This document shows positions 12,960-27,100 of a stretch of DNA of 64,000 nucleotides, piece after piece. The DNA comes from Nemertoderma westbladi (lineage: Eukaryota; Animalia; Xenacoelomorpha). The stretch is taken from assembly GCA_032718475.1 (NCBI GenBank), contig JAUCBJ010007179.1:62001-126000 (forward strand), read 5' to 3'. The translations under genes were made by a program, and so were the position numbers. How positions within the stretch are numbered: position 1 is the first letter of the stretch; each line of letters starts with the position of its first letter. The notes under the pieces were generated by a model. The model made no database searches. It saw only the letters and a list, made by a program, of their open reading frames with translations, and had not been told where the DNA came from.

Positions 12960-13887
12960 ATGTTAAATTCTCAATTTAGGGAAAGCAGCAGGTTACAGTG
13001 GCACGTTATTTTAACCAAAACAATAAACTAAGCACAATAGAACAGGAAACAGTTTTATTTTTGAAAATAATCAGCTGTTATTTGCGTCGAATTTCCCCTG
13101 GAGAGGGATGAATTTTTATTGTGTCCAGTCCCCCCCCCCCCCCGCCCCCCTATCTGGTATTAATAGTAACGTTTAGCAAACAAACTATTTTATTTCACCG
13201 GCCTACGGCCAAGTCAGTCAGTCCAACCATCTCAGCCATTAGCTAGCACGCGCGTAGGGAACATCACCAAAGTCAAACGGTCCGGACCTCAGGCCAACCG
13301 GGATCCCGTCACATTCCATTTTAAAGAGTTCTATAAAGTGTTTTAAGTTAGTATTAAATTCTAATAACTAATTATTTTAAAAAATTGTCTGGTACTTTTG
13401 TGCGAAGTCACAATCTAGACATTAAGTGGAAATTTCAGAAAATTTGGACAAAAATTGCAGATGTAGTAGGGTTTTGAATTAATCTGAGTTTTGATACTGT
13501 ATATTCTGAAAAAATTTCAGTTAAAACATTTTGCACCAAAATTATTTTCAATTGTTATCAGTTTATGAAAAATGTAATTACTCGAAACCAAAAGAGGTAC
13601 AACTGCTAAGTTGATTTCAGATTTGAAGTTTCCGTTTAATTTAACATCATAATCTATTAAAGAAATAGGGCCTATATATTTGCACAATTATTCCTAAAAA
13701 ATGATGCCCCCCCCCCCCGCCCCTTAGACAGGCAATGATTAATCATCTAATTATTTTATTAATATAAAATATATAAAATATAAGCTTTAATAATAAATTT
13801 CTCTCAATTGCGTTACTAGTAAATACGAGTTTAATGCGAGTACGAGATTTGAAGAACTAATTTCACGTCATATTGTTTTAGTTGCAG

Positions 13888-13998
13888 GAACAAATTGTGA
13901 TAATGTTAATAAATGCACCGAAAACCAAGTGTGTAAAGAAAATAAATGCGAATGTAAAGAAGGATATAAATATAACGATGAGGAATCCGAATGCATTG
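13888..13998 (+). CDS. Host gene exon encoding a 6-Cys EB/EGF-like module, GTNCDNVNKCTENQVCKENKCECKEGYKYNDEESECI
   Basis: Acceptor TTTTAGTTGCAG (alternative in-frame AG at 13881); 111-nt phase 1-1 exon; C-x5-C-x5-C-x4-C-x-C-x2-GY-x8-C spacing; donor G|GTTTGT at 13999. Confidence 0.75.
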
Positions 13999-14339
13999 GT
14001 TTGTATTGCACCCATAATTTAATCCTCTCAATTAATTGTTAGTTTTATTGAATAGCTTAGAATGGTTATCATTCTAAAAATGTGGTATTGCGATATACAT
14101 AGACGCCCGTTAATGCGTAAGGCTGATTATTTATTGAATGGCTATTTGTACAATGGGTGGGGGAGTGGGATTCAAAGTGAAACTGAAGTGACATTCTATT
14201 AATCAAACTCAATGAAGTTTACCTAAAAGATTGACCCGATTTGACTTAATTGTCAAGGCTGCTGCCGCAAAGAGTTGATGGTGCCGCTCCACATGAGGTT
14301 TTTTAAAATAGCAGTGTTTGGAGCTCATTCAACATCCCA

Positions 14340-14915
14340 TCGTAATAGACCGGTACAGAACGACAAGAAATGAAAACAAATAAGTTGTTAAGTCCCGAAG
14401 AAGAATGGATGTTTTCGCGGAATCTCGTTGTTATCGATTGCCGCAAAGCTATGCAATAAAGATAAGAACTCCAGAGGTCGAGGAAATCCAGCCAAGCACC
14501 AAGCTGGTCCAGACTTTGCTGATGATTCAGGTGTACTTTGAGAATTACTAGACGAAGCCCAAATACACTTAATTGGTCCAGAAAATGTATCTTAATTAGA
14601 CCAGGCTGCTTCTAGTATTGGTCATTTTATTATCTCCAAGAAGACCATAATTTTGACAGTTAACTTTGACATTCCTAAGGAAATGTCTGATTGCATGAGT
14701 ATAAGCTCAAAGGATGGTGTGCTTCTAATGACTTCTGCTACCTGGGATCATGGATTCGGAGGTCAGATGAGGGAGGACCTTCGAATACGCAAGGGAAAGG
14801 CATGGGGAGCATTGAATAGGCTCTGTACAAGATTTGGAAGTTAGATAGAATACGTCAGAAACTTATTTAGAGCAGCATTGGAACCATATACAGTACAGTT
14901 AGTACTCCTATATGT
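14340..14915 (+). pseudogene. Internally deleted RTE LINE fragment
   Basis: Matches 12050-12195 (CAAGAAATGAAAACAAATAAGTTG) joined to 12640-12958 (GACTTTGCTGATGA, DLRIRKGKAWGALN). Confidence 0.8.
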
Positions 14916-15512
14916 GAGTCCCTGCCGGGCACCGCTCTGGATCTAGGACACTTCCCCCCACGGACAGTTCCCCCCAAGACACTTTCCCCCCCGCCCAAGT
15001 AGGACACTTCCCCACAGACACCCCCCCCCCCCCCCCAGTTAAAGTGTTAAAATTAATCTGACATAAAGCAATAAACAATAGTTAAAGATGGTTACAGGAC
15101 AAGTTGTATCTAGTCAAGTTTTTTCCACTATAAAAGAAACATTTTTTTAGTCAAATTTTGTTTTTTTCTTTTTATTGGGGGCTGCTGCCCCCAAACCCCC
15201 GCTGCTTTTGATGGGGGCTGCCTCCCCCAAATTCCGGCATTTCCCTGTTTGCCCGTGGTGAAAGACTTTAAAAAACCATTTTGTAATAATTAATTCATGT
15301 TTGTATCATCAGATAATAAATTATAATAAAACTAAGCCTAAAGTAGGAACTGCAGTGAATGTTAACCAAATTAATATATAAATTACTACAATATTATAAA
15401 ATTCAACAAAATCCTATTAAAAATATTGCAAGTAACCAGGAAATTTAATATGTAGTGTGTATAATATCTATATAGTATGTATAGTAATATGTATATCAAT
15501 ATGTAATGCTGA

Positions 15513-16134
15513 ACACGTTCGTGGGGACTTCGCGCAGCACGTAGTCGGAAGCCTTGGCATACGGTTCATATAGAGCAAATGGGGCATGTCTAGTTTGGAC
15601 CCCATATCACATGCTATAAATGTATTCATTCGATATACAATCATATGTTAATCCGCTAGGTGGTGTCAAATTGTTATTCTGCAATTTCGTACTTACCAGT
15701 GCAGCACTGTACAGCAGTACCGTACCGGTAGGCCTATGTCATTACTTCTGAGTCTCTAGCGGATCCCCAATTAAATGTCTTAACTTTTCAATTTCGTAAA
15801 AGATAGACTTCATGATTCTCTACAGGCCACCAAAATTTCAGCTCAGGAAAATGAGGCCTTCCCGAGAAATTTAACATTTTCTAAAAACTACATAATCTGT
15901 CGTAGCTGACGTCAGACTGCATGATTTTTCACCAAACTTTACAAACTTTCTAAACTTTCTCTCTACTACTTACCTACTAAGTTTGGTTCAATTCCGAACC
16001 AGCGATGCAGAGAAATTCGCGTTCAAACATTTACCAGACAGACAGACGGACGGACAGACAGACAGACGGACATGCCCCATTTGCCCGATATGAACCGTAT
16101 GCCAAGGCTCGCCGACTACGTGTCTCGCCCCACA
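15513..16134 (+). mobile_element. Complete ~620-bp Helentron/HINE-like non-autonomous element
   Basis: ~54-bp subterminal inverted repeats at 15537-15590/16069-16122; (GACA/GACG)n microsatellite at 16035-16070; terminal hairpin CACG-TT-CGTG; asymmetric GTGGGG/CCCCAC ends; ACA on both flanks. Confidence 0.65.
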
Positions 16135-17592
16135 CAGAATAAAGGTCGACGCATGTCGATTTTCACCTGGAGAGGTATAATTTTGATTGCAAAAATAATA
16201 TTCATCCCCATCTGCTACAATTTGAAGAAGACTATTACATAATAATACCTATAATTATAACAATTCATTATTATAATTCTATAGTTAATAAAAACAGTAT
16301 ATCATTCCGGGGATGGAATTTATAGGTCATCTAATTAATTGTTTAAAGGTTAGCAAACAATACGATGTAATTGCATTGATAAAACCTATAAATAAAACTT
16401 GGATATAAAATGTAAAATCGGGTTGCAAAAGATCACTTTCTTAGCTAAAATTGAACTCCTTATAATTGCTCCTTGAGGTGTGCCGCATTTGGGGTAAGTG
16501 GATCGGAGTTTGTATTATTCCGTCGGATTCCGTAGCTGTCTAATTTTTTCAAGCAAAAGTATATCGTGGTTTAGGGTATCGAAGGCCTTCTTCAAGTCAA
16601 TCGAGATTAAACCACCTGCGTCCTGTGTGTCCAGATTGTCCTGTAGGCGTTCAGTAATTGTAAGTATGGCTTCGGTAGTTGTAGATTTTTTCCTAAAGCC
16701 GTATTGTGAGTCAATCAGTATTGAGTTCTTGTGTAGATAACTAATTAATTGAGTATTAATTATCCGTTCGTATATTTTACTGAAGAGTGTTAGTACAGAG
16801 ATGGGACGGTAGTTTTTCTTATCAGTGGGATCTCCTGCTTTAAATACTGGTGTAATTTTTGCTTTTTATAATATTGTGGGGAAGACGCCATGTTGTATAG
16901 ATATATTTATTAAGTGTGTTAAATGGGGTGCTAAGTCATATGCCGCGATTTTTATTAGTCATTAGTAGCACAATTATTATTTAGATCTAGGATGTTATAT
17001 ATTACTTCAGTATTTGTTGTTTCAGCTAAATGGAAGGAGTTTGCTTTGCGGTGGTTAATGAGTCGTGTTGGATTTCTGTTTGTCTTGGGGATTTTTTCTG
17101 CTAGTTTTGGGCCTATGTTCGCGAAGTGTTCATTGAATGTATTTGCAATATGTTTTGGATCAGTTGTTGTTTTTATCTGGCCTGATGAAGTAGTACATGT
17201 TAATATTTTCGGAGAATTTAAGTTTTTTGTTTTATTGAGAGCGTTATTTATAGTTTGCCATGTTTTCTTTGTGTTGTTTTTATTTTTCTCAAATTCCTTA
17301 GCTCAAAAGTATTTTTTTGTGCTGTTCTAAGTGTTTTTGTAAGTTCATTCCGGTATATTTTGTAGTTATGTACATTTTCTGGTGTTGGATTTGTTAATAG
17401 AGATGCATAAAGTGTATTTTTTATTATTGTTGATTGTGCAAGGGAGGTGGTTATCCAGGGATTTATTGGAATTTCGCGCGATTTTAAAAGTTCTTTTTAA
17501 GTGTTTGTCAGTATTTTTTTCGAGGTTATTGTAGAATGCTTCAAATTTGTTATTTATTGGGATTTCTGTGTCGTTGTATGTCCAGTTGTCGA

Positions 17593-18927
17593 TGTGGGGC
17601 GAGCCACGATGTGAGTGAGCCTTAGCGTAGTGGTACCATTAATCAACTTGTCGTTCTGTCGTGTTCAATTTTAAACGTTAATAACTCGGCCAATCTTTGA
17701 TGAAATCTATCCAAACTTGGTACACATGTTGTTTGGCAAAAGTTTAGAAATTTTCCAAGTAGAATTTCCGTGTGGCCTTCGAGAAGCTAAGATAATAGCA
17801 GTTAATTAGTTAATTAAATTGATTACGGTAAAAACAGCACTTTCAACCTGCCTTTTAAAGGAAATTAATTGTTTTACAGTATAAGACTTCAATAATTATA
17901 CTTAAAAATTATACAGATGTAATCCACATACTCCATTCTATTATAGTTTTTAATTAGTTCAAGTGATTTGCTTTAATAATTGTGTCTTTAATTGATCTAA
18001 AGTAATTAAAACGGCATAAAAAATTGATTCTCATTAAATACTGCTCATTTATTGGTTAACATCCAAGTTGGCTTGTTTCCCAGCAACACTTGAGGTATTC
18101 AGTCAGCCTTGCTTGTAAGAGGCAGACTGCTGCTGCTGCTGGTAGGATAGCATTAATTCCCCATCCATTCACTCACTCTCCATTCAACTGGCTGACTGGA
18201 GAGTGGATGTGTGTTTAGGTATCGGGTTCAATGACATTAATATTATTACTAAAGTAACTAGTAAATATATTACGTGCTGCTGTACAGTAAACGCGGCTTT
18301 GCGTTATTGAATTACAGAATTGGCGGTACAAAGTACATTAATAGGGATCAGGCATATTGCATTTATATAATTGTTGTTGTAAATGTACAATAATATGCGC
18401 CACTTTTATTTTAGTAACTGCAATGTGTATTTCATTTGTACCTGCAGCCCATTAAAAAGGGCAGCTTAACTTATCGCGGACAGGCTGACTATTCACCATT
18501 AAAAAAAAACCCAAATCGCCGCAGTTCCACTTACAGTTCCATATTATTCTGTTTTGCAATTCAACCCAATTTATCTGCTCTCTGCTACACGCGGTTTTAT
18601 CCACGAGTTTTGTAAAGTCCCGACTTATCGGGAATGACATGAACTTAGCGTCCGGAATATTCTGAACAGATTAAATCTACTTGGCGCTGTAATACTGCAT
18701 CCCGTTGTACCAGAAGTTATTTAAACATACCGGCCCCTCAAATGCGTTTGCAGTGGGTTAGAGAACAACATATACCGCCCCAGTACAACCGCTATTTTGA
18801 TAAGGTCCAATATATAATATATATATATGGTCCAACATATGATAGTTCACTAATCAGCTAATAGGCCTATTTATTCGTGAGATTTCAATTTATAAATAAA
18901 ACTAATATACGAGCTCATAAGAGCTCA

Positions 18928-18961
<34 letters not shown>

Positions 18962-19370
18962 GGTATGACCGTTGTTGTGGGGGACTAGGTCTACCTGTCT
19001 AGCAGCTAATAACTCGTCCGTGGAGAGAATAATATAAGTCGAGGAACATAACGAAACGCGTTTAATTTATTTATTTATTCCAATTGGGGATTCTTTCTAA
19101 CGCGGTAATGCGGTGCTATTAAACATCAACACATTCCTGCGCGTGCGTCGATATTGTGCACCCTAATACTAACAACCCACCCAGACACCCCCTACCCCTC
19201 ACCGCCCCCCCCCCCCCCCCTCCCCCATCACCCAACATTACTATGTACAGATCAATGCAGCTCAATATATTAGTAAAGGTATCGTCTGATTAGCTTTCCT
19301 ACACATGACCTCTTATCCTTGTAGTTGTTTATTTATTTACACTATTTTTGTTGAGTAAATCTTTCTGATA

Positions 19371-19402
<32 letters not shown>

Positions 19403-19750
19403 GACTTACTCTGGACGAGCGCAACGATTGAACGACGCTTATAATAATTAAGACGAGTACGGCGTTGATTATATTCATATACAACACCTGGCTTTGCATA
19501 TTGAACGTGCGATTGGAAATAAGTTCGTTCTTCCCTTCCGTGGGAGGTAGATGTCTCGGTTATGTATTGGTGGTTGAGAAGGGTGGGGGGGGGGGGGGGA
19601 TTAAAAGGGGTGAACACGTACTGTCCCCCTTTCTTTGAAAGATTGGTGGTGTGGGTAATTTCTCAAAACCTGATTTTGTGATACAGTCGCTTAATTTTAA
19701 TTTGTATCTCATAACTGGGCCTCGTGCTGCGCAAAGGCCCACGAACGTGT
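17593..19750 (-). mobile_element. 2.15-kb Helentron-like element inserted in the LINE
   Basis: Same two termini as 15513-16134 in reverse orientation. Removing it while keeping one ACA restores the LINE frame ..SDIRNIDNWTY.. Confidence 0.7.
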
Positions 19751-20305
19751 TCCGTATGTCTGAGAGAAAGTTTGTTGGTTTAAAGCTTGAATAATCGTAT
19801 ATGTATTTTTCTTGCGGTTGTGAAAAAAACATGTGTATTTCTGTAGAATGACAAAGGTTGCAAGATGGTCCGTGGTTCCAAGTTGGCCAGTGAAAACGCC
19901 AGAGGTTATCATTTTATTATAAATATTTGTAGATATATGGTCCAGTATAGATTTAGAGTAAGACGTAATTCTAGTTGGTTTGTCAATAAGTTGTTCTAGT
20001 CCGTTTGACTCGAGCATTTGTAAGCAGTTGTTAGCAGTGTTGGTACGTTTCAGTAAGTCTATGTTGTAGTCGCCTGTTAGTAGTAATAGATCAGTATTGT
20101 GTTGGTTAATTGTGGATAGAGTTGTATTTAGGTGTTCTATGAATTCGTTAATTTTACATGAGTCTGTTCTGTAGATAGTCCCAATTAGTATGGGTTTAGT
20201 AGTGGTGGAGGTATTCGTTGTAGGTAGGTGTTCTAGAGATTGTTGCCCAAGTAGATTCTCAGTTAGGTATTATAATCTCTTTCCGTTCTATAATAACATT
20301 TAGTC

Positions 20306-20400
20306 TAATTCATGCTAAAGTAAAAAGAGGGTCTAATTGGCTAATATAATTACACAATACAAAGTAAACATACATACAAACAACCATTTCATCTCATTGC
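20306..20400. mobile_element. 95-bp insertion with 12-bp TSD (probably a 5'-truncated retroposon tail)
   Basis: TAACATTTAGTC at 20294-20305 and 20401-20412; interrupts the LINE endonuclease after GGTAIYAKNGLNV. Confidence 0.7.
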
Positions 20401-21185
20401 TAACATTTAGTCCGTTTTTCGCATATATTGCTGTGCCGCCTCGGTTTATCAAGCCAGTCTGACGGTTAGTTAATAATGGTGGTGCGTATCCGTCAATTTG
20501 TAGGTAAATAAGATCGGTGTCATCAGTAATAAATGTCTCTGTGAATGTTAATATGTCAAACTGTTGTCGAAATGTAGATAAGTAGTCGGTTATGGATCGT
20601 AAATTAAGATTCAGGCTTCTACAATTTACATGGAAAATGGATAAAGAATCTTTATTAATTTTGTGGGTATTATTACATTTTGTTTCAACGTAGTAGCTGC
20701 AGTTGGATTTATTGGAAGTTAAATTAATGTCCGGATCAATAGTAGTAAAATTATAATTAGAATCTGCATAATTTTCGGGTAATAATGGCTCATCATCTTC
20801 ATATATCGTTTTTAAAAAAATATCGTCATTATCGTTTGAAATATTGCTAAAGGGGGATATACTTAGGTAACAATATATGCAAAATAAAATAGCTTTCTCG
20901 TGTATGTCTGAACGTGTTCCACATGGTAGTAGCATTTACAGATAGAGCAAGTAATTTTTTTATCTGATTTTTGAAATGGTGCAAAACAACAGTCGCAAGA
21001 TGCAGGTATGTTATTGAAAGGCATTAAGTAATAATAAAGTAGAGCAAAAAGGTAGGGCGGCAAATAAAAGTTCGTTTAACAGTACAAATCAAACATTAAC
21101 ATTCGTCATATTTCATACATATTGCATATGAATATACGAAATAAAAAAAATAACGGAAAAAAGGAAACATATGGATAGGTAGGCC

Positions 21186-24100
21186 ACTAAATAATAGATC
21201 GTAACATGGATTACTAAATAATAGATCGGAACATGTATTACTAAATAATAGATCGGAACATGTATTACTAAATAATAGATCGGAACATGGATTACTAAAT
21301 AATAGATCGGAACATGTATTACTAAATAATAGATCGGAACATGTATTACTAAATAATAGATCGGAACATGTATTACTAAATAATAGATCGGAACATGGAT
21401 TACTAAATAATATATCGGAACATGGATTACTAAATAATAGATTGGAACATGGATTACTAAATAATAGATCGGAACATGTATTACTAAATAATAGATCGGA
21501 ACATGGATTACTAAATAATAGATCGGAACATGGATTACTAAATAATAGATCGGAACATGTATTACTAAATAATAGATCGGAACATGTATTACTAAATAAT
21601 AGATCGGAACATGGATTACTAAATAATAGATCGGAACATGTATTACTAAATAATAGATCGGAACATGTATTACTAAGTAATAGATCGGAACATGGATTAC
21701 TAAATAATAGATCGGAACATGGATTACTAAATAATAGATCGGAACATGTATTACTAAATAATAGATCGGAACATGTATTACTAAATAATAGATCGGAACA
21801 TGGATTACTAAATAATAGATCGGAACATGTATTACTAAATAATAGATCGGAACATGTATTACTAAATAATAGATCGGAACATGGATTACTAAATAATAGA
21901 TCGGAACATGGATTACTAAATAATAGATCGGAACATGGATTACTAAATAATAGATCGGAACATGTATTACTAAATAATAGATCGGAACATGGATTACTAA
22001 ATAATAGATCGGAACATGGATTACTAAATAATAGATCGGAACATGTATTACTAAATAATAGATCGGAACATGTATTACTAAATAATAGATCGGAACATGG
22101 ATTACTAAATAATAGATCGGAACATGTATTACTAAATAATAGATCGGAACATGTATTACTAAATAATAGATCGGAACATGGATTACTAAATAATAGATCG
22201 GAACATGGATTACTAAATAATAGATCGGAACATGTATTACTAAATAATAGATCGGAACATGTATTACTAAATAATAGATCGGAACATGGATTACTAAATA
22301 ATAGATCGGAACATGGATTACTAAATAATAGATCGGAACATGGATTACTAAATAATAGATCGGAACATGTATTACTAAATAATAGATCGGAACATGTATT
22401 ACTAAATAATAGATCGGAACATGGATTACTAAATAATAGATCGGAACATGTATTACTAAATAATAGATCGGAACATGTATTACTAAATAATACATCGGAA
22501 CATGTATTACTAAATAATAGATCGGAACATGTATTACTAAATAATAGATCGGAACATGTATTACTAAATAATAGATCGTAACATGGGTTTCTAAATAATA
22601 GATCGGAACATGTATTACTAAATAATAGATCGGAACATGGATAACTAAATAATCATTATCGGAACATGTATTACTAAATAATAGATCGGAACATGGATTA
22701 CTAAATAATAGATCGGAACATGTATTACTAAATAATAGATCGTAACATGGGTTTCTAAATAATAGATCGGAACATGGATTACTAAATAACAGATCGGAAC
22801 ATGGATTACTAAATAATAGATCGGAACATGTATTACTAAATAATAGATCGTAACATGGGTTTCTAAATAATAGATCGGAACATGTATTACTAAATAATAG
22901 ATCGGAACATGTATTACTAAATAATAGATCGGAACATGGATTACTAAATAATAGATCGGAACATGGATTACTAAATAATAGATAGGAACATGGATTACTA
23001 AATAATAGATCGGAACATGGATTACTAAATAATAGATCGGAACATGTATTACTAAATAATAGATCGTAACATGGGTTTCTAAATAATAGATCGGAACATG
23101 TATTACTAAATAATAGATCGTAACATGTGTTTCTAAATAATAGATCGGAACATGGATTACTAAATAATAGATCGGAACATGGATTACTAAATAATAGATC
23201 GGAACATGGATTACTAAATAATAGATCGGAACATGTATTACTAAATAATAGATCGTAACATGGGTTTCTAAATAATAGATCGGAACATGGATTACTAAAT
23301 AATAGATCGGAACATGGATTACTAAATAATAGATCGGAACATGTATTACTAAATAATAGATCGTAACATGGGTTTCTAAATAATAGATCGGAACATGGGT
23401 TTCTAAATAATAGATAGGAACATGGATTACTAAATAATAGATCGGAACATGGATTACTAAATAATAGATCGGAACATGTATTACTAAATAATAGATCGTA
23501 ACATGGGTTTCTAAATAATAGATCGGAACATGGATTACTAAATAATAGATAGGAACATGGATTACTAAATAATAGATCGGAACATGGATTACTAAATAAT
23601 AGATCGGAACATGTATTACTAAATAATAGATCGTAACATGGGTTTCTAAATAATAGATCGGAACATGTATTACTAAATAATAGATCGTAACATGGGTTTC
23701 TAAATAATAGATCGGAACATGTATTACTAAATAATAGATCGGAACATGGATAACTAAATAATCATTATCGGAACATGTATTACTAAATAATAGATCGGAA
23801 CATGGATTACTAAATAATAGATCGGAACATGTATTACTAAATAATAGATCGTAACATGGGTTTCTAAATAATAGATCGGAACATGTATTACTAAATAATA
23901 GATCGGAACATGGATTACTAAATAATAGATCGGAACATGGGTTACTAAATAATAGATAGGAACATGGATTACTAAATAATAGATCGGAACATGGATTACT
24001 AAATAATAGATCGGAACATGTATTACTAAATAATAGATCGGAACATGTATTACTAAATAATAGATCGGAACATGGATTACTAAATAATAGATCGGAACAT

Positions 24101-27100
24101 GTATTACTAAATAATCATTATCGGAACATGTATTACTAAATAATAGATCGGAACATGTATTACTAAATAATAGATCGTAACATGGGTTTCTAAATAATAG
24201 ATCGGAACATGTATTACTAAATAATAGATCGGAACATGGATTACTAAATAATAGATCGGAACATGGATAACTAAATAATAGATTGGAACATGGATAACTA
24301 AATAATCATTATCGGAACATGTATTACTAAATAATAGATCGGAACATGGATTACTAAATAATAGATCGGAACATGTATTACTAAATAATAGATCGGAACA
24401 TGTATTACTAAATAATAGATCGGAACATGTATTACTAAATAATCATTATCGGAACATGTATTACTAAATAATAGATCGGAACATGGATAACTAAATAATA
24501 GATCGGAACATGGATAACTAAATAATCATTATCGGAACATGTATTACTAAATAATAGATCGGAACATGTATTACTAAATAATAGATCGGAACATGGATAA
24601 CTAAATAATCATTTTCGGAACATGTATTACTAAATAATAGATCGGAACATGTATTACTAAATAATCATTATCGGAACATGTATTACTAAATAATAGATCG
24701 GAACATGTATTACTAAATAATAGATCGGAACATGGATAACTAAATAATCATTATCGGAACATGTATTACTAAATAATAGATCGGAACATGTATTACTAAA
24801 TAATAGATCGGAACATGGATAACTAAATAATAGATCGGAACATGTATTACTAAATAATAGATCGGAACATGGATAACTAAATAATCATTATCGGAACATG
24901 TAATACTAAATAATAGATCGGAACATGTATTACTAAATAATAGATCGGAACATGGATAACTAAATAATAGATCGGAACATGTATTACTAAATAATAGATC
25001 GGAACATGTATTACTAAATAATCATTATCGGAACATGTATTACTAAATAATAGATCGGAACATGTATTACTAAATAATAGATCGGAACAGGGATTACTAA
25101 ATAATAGATCGGAACATGTATTACTAAATAATAGATCGGAACAGGGATTACTAAATAATAGATCGGAACATGGATAACTAAATAATCATTATCGGAACAT
25201 GTATTACTAAATAATAGATCGGAACATGGATAACTAAATAATAGATCGGAACATGGATAACTAAATAATCATTATCGGAACATGTATTACTAAATAATAG
25301 ATCGGAACATGTATTACTAAATAATCATTATCGGAACATGTATTACTAAATAATAGATCGGAACATGGATAACTAAATAATAGATCGGAACATGGATAAC
25401 TAAATAATCATTATCGGAACATGTATTACTAAATAATAGATCGGAACATGGATTACTAAATAATAGATCGGAACATGGATAACTAAATAATCATTATCGG
25501 AACATGTATTACTAAATAATAGATCGGAACATGGATAACTAAATAATAGATCGGAACATGGATAACTAAATAATCATTATCGGAACATGTATTACTAAAT
25601 AATAGATCGGAACATGTATTACTAAATAATAGATCGGAACATGGATAACTAAATAATCATTATCGGAACATGTATTACTAAATAATAGATCGGAACATGT
25701 ATTACTAAATAATCATTATCGGAACATGTATTACTAAATAATAGATCGGAACATGGATAACTAAATAATAGATCGGAACATGGATAACTAAATAATCATT
25801 ATCGGAACATGTATTACTAAATAATAGATCGGAACATGGATTACTAAATAATAGATCGGAACATGGATAACTAAATAATCATTATCGGAACATGTATTAC
25901 TAAATAATAGATCGGAACATGGATAACTAAATAATAGATCGGAACATGGATAACTAAATAATCATTATCGGAACATGTATTACTAAATAATAGATCAGAA
26001 CATGGATTACTAAATAATAGATCGGAACATGGATAACTAAATAATAGATCGGAACATGGATAACTAAATAATCATTATCGGAACATGTATTACTAAATAA
26101 TAGATCGGAACATGGATTACTAAATAATAGATCGGAACATGGATAACTAAATAATAGATCGGAACATGGATAACTAAATAATCATTATCGGAACATGTAT
26201 TACTAAATAATAGATCAGAACATGGATTACTAAATAATAGATCGGAACATGGATTACTAAATAATAGATCGGAACATGTATTACTAAATAATCATTATCG
26301 GAACATGTATTACTAAATAATAGATCGGAACATGGATAACTAAATAATAGATCGGAATATGGATAACTAAATAATCATTATCGGAACATGTATTACTAAA
26401 TAATAGATCGGAACATGTATTACTAAATAATAGATCGGAACATGGATAACTAAATAATAGATCGGAACATGTATTACTAAATAATAGATCGGAACATGTT
26501 TTACTAAATAATAGATCGGAACATGGATAACTAAATAATCATTATCGGAACATGTATTACTAAATAATAGATCGGAACATGGATTACTAAATAATAGATC
26601 GGAACATGTATTACTAAATAATAGATCGGAACATGTATTACTAAATAATAGATCGGAACATGTATTACTAAATAATCATTATCGGAACATGTATTACTAA
26701 ATAATAGATCGGAACATGGATAACTAAATAATAGATCGGAACATGGATAACTAAATAATCATTATCGGAACATGTATTACTAAATAATAGATCGGAACAT
26801 GTATTACTAAATAATAGATCGGAACATGGATAACTAAATAATCATTTTCGGAACATGTATTACTAAATAATAGATCGGAACATGGATTACTAAATAATAG
26901 ATCGGAACATGGATAACTAAATAATAGATCGGAACATGTATTACTAAATAATAGATCGGAACATGGATAACTAAATAATCATTATCGGAACATGTATTAC
27001 TAAATAATAGATCGGAACATGTATTACTAAATAATAGATCGGAACATGGATAACTAAATAATAGATCGGAACATGTATTACTAAATAATAGATCGGAACA

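Larger units (their letters stand above)
16455..21185 (-). mobile_element. CR1/L2-type (Jockey group) LINE ORF2 pseudogene: Cys-rich N-terminus, AP endonuclease, partial RT; interrupted by two insertions
   Basis: Minus-strand motifs CDCC..ITCSICKCYYH, FHVNCRSL, LTFTETF, GGTAIY, TGDYNIDLL, PTRIT..SILDHI, TDHL, NYRPISVL..FSKIYE, YGFRKKST, IDLKKAFDTLNH, CGTPQG. Truncated before YADD. Confidence 0.85.

Noticed and set aside
21113-22581. 460-aa (YYLVIHVPI)n and 379-aa (SEHVLLNNR)n ORFs
   Set aside because: The 27-bp monomer equals 9 codons, so open frames are a by-product of the satellite.
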